Source of the DNA: an uncultured candidate division Zixibacteria bacterium
GTDB lineage: Bacteria > Zixibacteria > MSB-5A5 > GN15 > FEB-12
Assembly (NCBI GenBank): GCA_963664195.1
Contig: OY760907.1
Location: 2,048,001-2,112,000, forward strand
DNA: 64,000 bases
Direction of reading: 5' to 3'
Positions within the stretch are counted from its first letter, which is position 1. Each line of letters starts with the position of its first letter. The position numbers were made by a program, and so were the translations under genes. Positions 57,820 through 64,000 of this stretch are shown here, piece by piece. Below the pieces are notes generated by a model. The model saw only the letters and a list, made by a program, of their open reading frames with translations. It made no database searches and was not told the origin of the DNA.

Positions 57820-59703
57820 TTATTCTTCGCGAACCACCACACTGACTCCCTTGCCTGACAGTGAGAGAAGTCCACTGCCGTCGCCGAGAACCCATTTGGC
57901 GGTCTTGAAACGGCCTTCATCGGAGGAATCATAGGCGAGCGAGCTTTTGATGTGTCCTCCGTCGGTGCGTGATTCGATTCGCAGGTCAGGCAGATCGGCG
58001 AAAGTGAGTATTATTCGCGCGCTCTGGGTTTCGACTGTCGATGTCTCGCCGGCGAATCTATCGTCGAGCGTCAGATTCACGTCACCGTTGTTGTTTGTCA
58101 AGTATACAGGTCCCTGCAGCCGTTCGCCTTGAATCGCTCCACTGTTGTTAGTGACTGTCAACTCACCGTTGAGACCGAATGCATACACATGGGAATACAT
58201 GTTCGTCAGATGCGCGTCGCCGTCGATATCTCGAAGAATCAGAGGCTGGTAGGCGTTGTTTGCCACGATATCGCCAACGCTCTCTGCAATCTCTACCTGG
58301 CCGTACTGGTTGTCGATGGTCATGTTGCCGTGGTGATCGTCGATACGAATCTGGCCGGAGTTCTTGATCCTGACGTCACCCTCGCAATCAGCCAGTTGCA
58401 CCTGGGCGTACAGGTTGTTGACTATCAACGCCCCCTGACATTCACTGATGCTGATAGCCCCATACTGGTTTGAGGCGGAGATATCTCCCGTGACCTCCGA
58501 GAGAAAGATACTCGCGTAGGAATTCGATACCTCAACCGATCCTTCGACATTGTCTATATTGACGTTGGAATATGCGCTCCGGACGGTGAGACCGCCCTCC
58601 AGATCGTTGATGCCGACTGTGCCGTAGGAACCTTCTGCCATTACATGATTGGCCATCGGTACGTTGACGTACAGGACGCTTCGCAGAATCTTGGTGTCGG
58701 TATCCGAAATCTCAGGCAACTGTGCGAGTATGCTGTAGCCGTTCCCGGCCTTTGTGACTTTGAGATCGGTGTCAGCAACGAATTGCTTTTCTCTGGCTCT
58801 GGTCTTTGAGCTGACTTCAATTGCGAGACGAGCAACAATCATGTCATCATCCCACCCGACAATCTTGAGGTCCCCCACGGGGAGCGTGATTTCGATAGGT
58901 GCACTCCCTGAACTGACCGCCAAGCTGTCCTGGTACTTCCTCACAAGACCGATTTCACTGTGGTCGCTATCCTCAAACCAGTTTGGCACGCGGCCCGGAT
59001 CTGGCGGTGCCCCGACTCGCGGCGGCTGCGGCGCCCGGGGAATGAAGATTACTTCCTCTCCGGGAATGTGTAAGTTCTCAAGTCCCTTGGCATACTCTTC
59101 CACTGCCTTTTCCAGCTTCTCCGTGTCGACCTCGGTGCCATCGAGAATGACGGTCCACTTCTTGGCCGCCTGTTCCAGGTATTCCTGAATCCCCTTGTTC
59201 TGGAGGAGATGGTCAAGCTGCTGGTCGTCGTAGTCTTCAATCAGATCAACCACGATAACCAGTTCTTTGCGGAGGTTGCGCACAACTCGACAGCAACGGG
59301 GACTGTTGGTGTTGTACTTGGCCTTGTGCGATGCCTCGATGTCCTTGAGGGTGTCGACCAGGGCGTGGATGTCATGGATCAACTGGTCAGGGTCCCTTTC
59401 GTAGGTGCCGTCCTTGAGACCAGCTTTCAGAACATCGGTAGATATTTCGTGCTCTTGTCGTGATTTGGCATCCATATCCGCAAGTAGATCGGAGTAGTCT
59501 TCGATGGCGTTTTGTACGCGAGTCAAGATATCCAGATACTCATCGGCCAACTCCTGTGACAACTCATCGATTGTCACGTCGAATAGTCCATAGCGCGACC
59601 CTAGGTCGTCTTCTTGTTCAGTAGGTGTCTGGGCAAGAAGTTGACCGCAACCGATCAGGGCGAACAGGGTCGCCGCAATGAATATCCTCAGAATCAGTTT
59701 CAT
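57820..59703 (-). CDS. Exported DUF4097/adhesin-like beta-solenoid protein
   Basis: Signal peptide, helical N-terminal region, Pro-rich linker, repeated xGxIxxxNxYxxI units. Confidence 0.75.
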   Translation of the reverse strand: MKLILRIFIAATLFALIGCGQLLAQTPTEQEDDLGSRYGLFDVTIDELSQELADEYLDILTRVQNAIEDYSDLLADMDAKSRQEHEISTDVLKAGLKDGTYERDPDQLIHDIHALVDTLKDIEASHKAKYNTNSPRCCRVVRNLRKELVIVVDLIEDYDDQQLDHLLQNKGIQEYLEQAAKKWTVILDGTEVDTEKLEKAVEEYAKGLENLHIPGEEVIFIPRAPQPPRVGAPPDPGRVPNWFEDSDHSEIGLVRKYQDSLAVSSGSAPIEITLPVGDLKIVGWDDDMIVARLAIEVSSKTRAREKQFVADTDLKVTKAGNGYSILAQLPEISDTDTKILRSVLYVNVPMANHVMAEGSYGTVGINDLEGGLTVRSAYSNVNIDNVEGSVEVSNSYASIFLSEVTGDISASNQYGAISISECQGALIVNNLYAQVQLADCEGDVRIKNSGQIRIDDHHGNMTIDNQYGQVEIAESVGDIVANNAYQPLILRDIDGDAHLTNMYSHVYAFGLNGELTVTNNSGAIQGERLQGPVYLTNNNGDVNLTLDDRFAGETSTVETQSARIILTFADLPDLRIESRTDGGHIKSSLAYDSSDEGRFKTAKWVLGDGSGLLSLSGKGVSVVVREE

Positions 59704-59875
59704 AGTCTGTCGCTCAGCAGCGTGGTTGATTCAACCTGCGCTATCCTTCATCATCACCACCCCATGGATGCTTAATCATACCGTCGCTCGCCTCCTGCAA
59801 CTAAAACATGCATCTTTGGCTCCCCAAAGGGCCCGGTATTTCGCCGGTGGAGAGCGTTATTGCTCTAATTCTACC

Positions 59876-59900
59876 TACGGACCGCACACGGTTAAGTTCC
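59876..59900 (-). promoter_or_regulatory. ECF-sigma-type promoter upstream of the DUF4097 gene
   Basis: GGAAC-ttaaccgtgtgcggtc(16)-CGTA on the minus strand. Confidence 0.55.
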
Positions 59901-60204
59901 ATTCGGACGTCCGGCGCCAAGGTCTTCAGAGAAAAATGATCAACTTCAACGCAGACGTTGGGCAAGTGTTAGGATAACAAAATGTGCACGCAATTGCAAA
60001 CAACCATAACGAAAATGGCTTTCGATCCCTCGTGTTGTGCAACCAATTGTGGTCACGCGCGTAAAACCATAGGATGCAATGTGTTGGTGCGTCCGTACTC
60101 GCGCTGGTTCGCCAGACCGGAATCATCGAAAAACCGTTTCAAAGGGCACCGGATTTGTTGTATTGTGGGTCGACACGATCACGCAAAATACCTTGCCGGT
60201 GGAT

Positions 60205-62946
60205 ATGACTATGAAATCTTCTGTGATAGCCATTCTCTCTTTCTGCCTCTTGATGCCTGTTGCAGTCTTCGGGTTCAATTCCGACTGTGTTCGCGGCGGA
60301 CGTCTGGACGGCCTCGATCTGTCATTCAGGGCGCTTGATGAGCATCCCTGGGACGATTCCCGGTCGCTGGCCAGCGATGTTTCTGACTTGCTCATCTCAG
60401 AGTCGGCGATGCCGGCGCAGTTTGCGCAAGGCGAGGCCCGGGTGGTAGCACTCGAAGATGGCGGCTGGCTGGTCGTCTGGCAGGACGAGCGGATGGGCAG
60501 TTACAAGATATTCTGGCAGAGGTTTGATGAATCCGGGAATCCCGTCGGTGATAACGTGCTTGTGGCGGGATCGACCGTTGGTGCCGATTTTGTGGACCCT
60601 GTTTTCGCAGTTGATACGCTTTCGAGAATATGTTTGTTCTACCGCGATCGGACGAGAGGTCTCGTCTTTGGCTCACGGTACACCAGCGATCTGTCGATTG
60701 ACCTCGCGCCTTTCCTCGTCAATGACACCAGCTTAAGTTCATTTGCCGGACCGTTCGATGTCGATGTCTTTCCGGACGGCCAGATGGTCGTTGCCTGGGA
60801 AAACCACACGTCGATCGGGTCAACCGTCGAGATGCGTTTGTATTCCGGTTCGGGCAATTCGATTCTCGGACCGACTCAGATCAATTCCGACGGTGGCTCC
60901 GCCGAACGCAGTGTGCCGTCGCTGGCCGTTGCTCCCGGCTCCGGCTATGTCGTGGCGTGGGAGGACTATCGAAACAGTCGAGCAGACATTTATGCCCGGC
61001 AGTTTACTGGTGCCGGCGCTGCGATAGGCGCCGACTTTGCTTTGATCGCACCGCCCAACGATCTTGCCGCTCAACGCAATCCCGAAGTAGTTTATTCTTC
61101 TCAGGACAAATACGTGATCGGTTGGGAAGACGACCGAACCGGCCGTGAAATATACCTTCAGAGATACGATCAGACGACAGGTCTGGTCGGATCAAATCAA
61201 CTCATTTCCAGCGGCGATCCCGCGGTGACCAACAGTGATCTGCATCTGGGGACGACTTCTGTCTCCGACGTCGTTGCCACCTGGGCTGATTTTGGCGCCG
61301 CCAATAGCATTCTGCAGTTGGCCTTCGATAGCGGGCTGGTTGCATCCGCGGCCCCGGACACCATGAATCTGAACGGTGTTGGGCAGCGATGGAATCCGGC
61401 CATGACGATGGACGCTTCGGACCGTCAGGCATTGGTGTGGACAGAGTTCGATTCCGAAGACGCAGATATCAGTCTGATGCTGTTCGATGCTTCCGGTAAT
61501 GGCTTGTTACCATCGGAGACGGCGGTCAACGATGACGTTCTCGGGTCACCATCCGGCAGTCCCTTTGTTCTATCGACCAACAACTGGCGCAATATTGTGT
61601 GCTATAGTGATCGACGGTACGACGCCGGTGACGTGTTTGTAAGACCGCTCACCGTTGCCGGTGATTACTTCGGTGCCTCACGCCGAGTCAATCAGGATGT
61701 TGGTATGTCTTTGCAGTCGGAGCCTTCAGCGGCAGTCAGCGACACGAGATCACTGATTGTCTGGGTGGACAGTCGCCCGGTTTCAGGCATTCCGGGGCAG
61801 CGAATTTACGGTCGGTTCTGTACGCACACAGCCGATTTTTCAGAAAACGAGTTTATGCTTTCCGATACAAACGCCAACGCCATAAAGTCTTCACCACGAA
61901 TTGCTCTCGCTGCCGACGGGCAGGGGTTTGTCGCCTGGATCGACAAGCGGGACGGTTCCGAGCAGGTGTGGGGACGATGGCTGGCAACAGATGGATCCCT
62001 CGATGGTGACGAGTTCCTGATTTCGACAGGCGTCACCGACAGTTCGGCTACCAGCCTCTACGTGGGTCGAGATTCTGCCAACCTCTTTTATGTCGTCTGG
62101 CTTGACATAGGCTTGGCCAATCCGACCGTTAAGGCAAAATGGTACAATCCGAACCAAACCCCCGGGGGAGCATTTGAATACCCGTCGTCGGTTTCGGGCG
62201 TGGCTATCGATGAGATGGCCGCCGACATCGCCCCGAGCAACGGTGTTGCCCTGTTGTGGACCGGTACCGACGACGGCGCGCGGAAAGCGTATCTCACCTG
62301 GGTGGACCCGTTTGAGAAACTCGCACCGGTGGCGGTGCAGGTTTCCGATGACACGCTCTCCAATGCTTCGCAGCCGACCGTCTCGGTCTCCAACAACGGA
62401 GCGATAAGCGCCGCCTGGATTGATCAGCGTGAGGGCAAGCGACTGGTGTACTATCAGCTTTTCGATGCGTCTCAGACGCCTTCGGGAGTCAACCAAGCTC
62501 TGTCAGGCGCGTCACCCGAGTTCATGGCTGCGCCGCACACCGATGCCTATCGAGGGCGGGCATGGTTCACCTGGGTTGACCCGAGAGAAAACGGCATGAA
62601 CATCTATGCGTCGTCGGTTCAATACGATCCGTCCGACGTAACCGACCCGGACAACCCGGCCCTGCCTGACGGGTTCGTTCTATCGCAGAACTATCCCAAC
62701 CCTTTCAATCCGTCGACAGAGATTTCGTTTACCCTGCCGACAAAGAGTGATGTGACGCTCAGCGTTTACAATACGTTGGGGCAGAGGGTGAAGACGATTG
62801 TCGACGGCGAATGTCCTGCGGGCGATTACACGGTTACCTGGGACGGTAAGGACAACGGCGGCAACGCGGTCTCGACCGGAGTGTACTTCTACCGTCTGAC
62901 TGCCGACGGCGTGACGGAATCGAAGAAGATGATGTTGCTGAAATAG
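60205..62946 (+). CDS. Large secreted repeat protein with FlgD-Ig/Por-secretion-type C-terminal tail
   Basis: Signal peptide; repeated VxWxDxRxGxxxIYxxxF units; tail QNYPNPFNPST...WDGKD...GVYFYRL...KKMMLLK; start 60205 or 60211. Confidence 0.85.
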   Translation: MTMKSSVIAILSFCLLMPVAVFGFNSDCVRGGRLDGLDLSFRALDEHPWDDSRSLASDVSDLLISESAMPAQFAQGEARVVALEDGGWLVVWQDERMGSYKIFWQRFDESGNPVGDNVLVAGSTVGADFVDPVFAVDTLSRICLFYRDRTRGLVFGSRYTSDLSIDLAPFLVNDTSLSSFAGPFDVDVFPDGQMVVAWENHTSIGSTVEMRLYSGSGNSILGPTQINSDGGSAERSVPSLAVAPGSGYVVAWEDYRNSRADIYARQFTGAGAAIGADFALIAPPNDLAAQRNPEVVYSSQDKYVIGWEDDRTGREIYLQRYDQTTGLVGSNQLISSGDPAVTNSDLHLGTTSVSDVVATWADFGAANSILQLAFDSGLVASAAPDTMNLNGVGQRWNPAMTMDASDRQALVWTEFDSEDADISLMLFDASGNGLLPSETAVNDDVLGSPSGSPFVLSTNNWRNIVCYSDRRYDAGDVFVRPLTVAGDYFGASRRVNQDVGMSLQSEPSAAVSDTRSLIVWVDSRPVSGIPGQRIYGRFCTHTADFSENEFMLSDTNANAIKSSPRIALAADGQGFVAWIDKRDGSEQVWGRWLATDGSLDGDEFLISTGVTDSSATSLYVGRDSANLFYVVWLDIGLANPTVKAKWYNPNQTPGGAFEYPSSVSGVAIDEMAADIAPSNGVALLWTGTDDGARKAYLTWVDPFEKLAPVAVQVSDDTLSNASQPTVSVSNNGAISAAWIDQREGKRLVYYQLFDASQTPSGVNQALSGASPEFMAAPHTDAYRGRAWFTWVDPRENGMNIYASSVQYDPSDVTDPDNPALPDGFVLSQNYPNPFNPSTEISFTLPTKSDVTLSVYNTLGQRVKTIVDGECPAGDYTVTWDGKDNGGNAVSTGVYFYRLTADGVTESKKMMLLK

Positions 62947-62996
62947 GGTTCTGCCAATCCCACCATAAACTGTTTGCTGAAAAAGGTACGGTTTTT

Positions 62997-63137
62997 GAAC
63001 CCGCCGAGGTCCGAACCGGGTTTCTGGTAGCCAACCCGGCCACGGGTTGGCTACCGACGGTTTCACCTCAAAAACGCGAGTTTCGATTTCAAACGGGCAC
63101 ACAGGCGTGTGCCGCGCACGACAAGACCTGCGCTACA
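62997..63137. repeat. REP-like palindromes between convergent genes
   Basis: GGTAGCCAACCCG-gcca-CGGGTTGGCTACC perfect 13-bp stem; CAGG..CCTGCGCTACA (reverse complement starts TGTAG). Confidence 0.55.
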
Positions 63138-63151
63138 AGAGAGACGTCGGC

Positions 63152-64000
63152 CTACAAACACTGCTCCGTTCTGTGAATGATCTCGTTCTGGAGGTCGATT
63201 CCCAGATCAACGAAGTAATCACTATAACCGGCTACCCGGACGATCAAGTCACGATACCTCTCCGGGTGCTCCTGTGCCTTGCGGAGAGTCGCGACATCAA
63301 CCACATTGAACTGAATATGATGACCGTCCATCTTGAAGTATGACCGCACCAAATGGAGCAGCTTGGTCATGCCCTCGGAGCTCTCCAAGATTTGCGGTGT
63401 GAACTTCTGGTTCAGGAGCGTTCCGCCGGTTCGGAGATGATCGATCTTAGCTGCAGACTTGAGCACGGCCGTCGGCCCGTTTCGGTCGGCGCCCTGAACG
63501 GGGGAGATGCCTTCGGACAGAGGCTCGCGAGCGAGTCGACCGTCGGGCATAGCACCCACCACGCTGCCGAAATAAACGTGGCAAGTCGTCGGCAGCAGAT
63601 TCACGCGGAAGTGTCCGCCCTTGGTGTTCGGGCGACCATCGACACAGGCGAAGTAGCTCTCGAATACGCGGCGAAGGATGTCGTCGGCGTAATCATCGTC
63701 GTTGCCGTATTTCGGCGTGTCATTCAACAGCTTGTCGCGAAGCGCATCAGCGCTCTCAAAGTTGCTACTGAGGGCTGTCAGCATATCAGAAAAAGACAGA
63801 GTCTTGTCGTCGTACACTTGCTTCTGGATAGCCGTCAGGCAGTCGGTCACCGACCCCATGCCGACGCCCTGCACGTATGACGAGTTGTATCGAGCGCCGC
63901 CGTTGTTGTAGTCTTTGCCGGTGGCAATGCAGTCATCAATCAGGATCGACATAAACGGTGCCGGGAGATATTGCGCCCAGAGCCGTTCTATAATCAGATT
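63152..64000 (-). CDS. Glycyl radical enzyme, C-terminal part (resembles trans-4-hydroxy-L-proline dehydratase HypD); partial
   Basis: Frame open to the window edge; GGARYNSSYVQGVG, KYGNDD, LLPTTCHVYFG, LLNQKF, HIQFNVV, glycyl motif RVAGYS. Confidence 0.85.
   Translation of the reverse strand, partial: NLIIERLWAQYLPAPFMSILIDDCIATGKDYNNGGARYNSSYVQGVGMGSVTDCLTAIQKQVYDDKTLSFSDMLTALSSNFESADALRDKLLNDTPKYGNDDDYADDILRRVFESYFACVDGRPNTKGGHFRVNLLPTTCHVYFGSVVGAMPDGRLAREPLSEGISPVQGADRNGPTAVLKSAAKIDHLRTGGTLLNQKFTPQILESSEGMTKLLHLVRSYFKMDGHHIQFNVVDVATLRKAQEHPERYRDLIVRVAGYSDYFVDLGIDLQNEIIHRTEQCL

Overview
A 64 kb chromosomal window from a diderm, probably anaerobic bacterium. Two secreted proteins with FlgD-like/Por-secretion-type C-terminal tails and many small beta-barrel OMPs resemble candidate Zixibacteria or FCB-adjacent lineages (inference only). 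Housekeeping content: rmuC, sthA, recR-ybaB-dnaX, comM, guaB, recJ, three tRNAs (Ala-CGC, Ile2-CAT, Val-CAC), a long Alu-containing SRP RNA and RNase P RNA. Other content: a B12-mutase/biotin-carboxylase operon, a PilR-like regulator with two type IVa pilins, and the 3' end of a glycyl-radical enzyme. No CRISPR array, integrase, transposase, prophage or reverse transcriptase is visible. Best leads: (1) two ORF-less, terminator-bounded intergenic units about 30 kb apart share an extended ECF-sigma-like promoter (CGAAC-N16-CGTYTWATGAG), and a third GAAC-N16-CGTA promoter precedes a DUF4097 envelope gene, suggesting an envelope-stress sRNA regulon; (2) a tandem array of seven small OMPs from two subfamilies in the order A-A-B-B-B-A-A; (3) a mutase with isobutyryl-CoA-mutase specificity residues (F90/Q208) inside a propionyl-CoA carboxylase/epimerase operon; (4) an AbfD-fold enzyme with altered cluster ligands and catalytic residues; (5) a bacterial GTDC1/QTMAN-like glycosyltransferase coupled to a transporter; (6) REP-like palindromes, one at the breakpoint of a truncated M56-TonB gene. 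All family assignments are from motif recognition and memory, not database searches.
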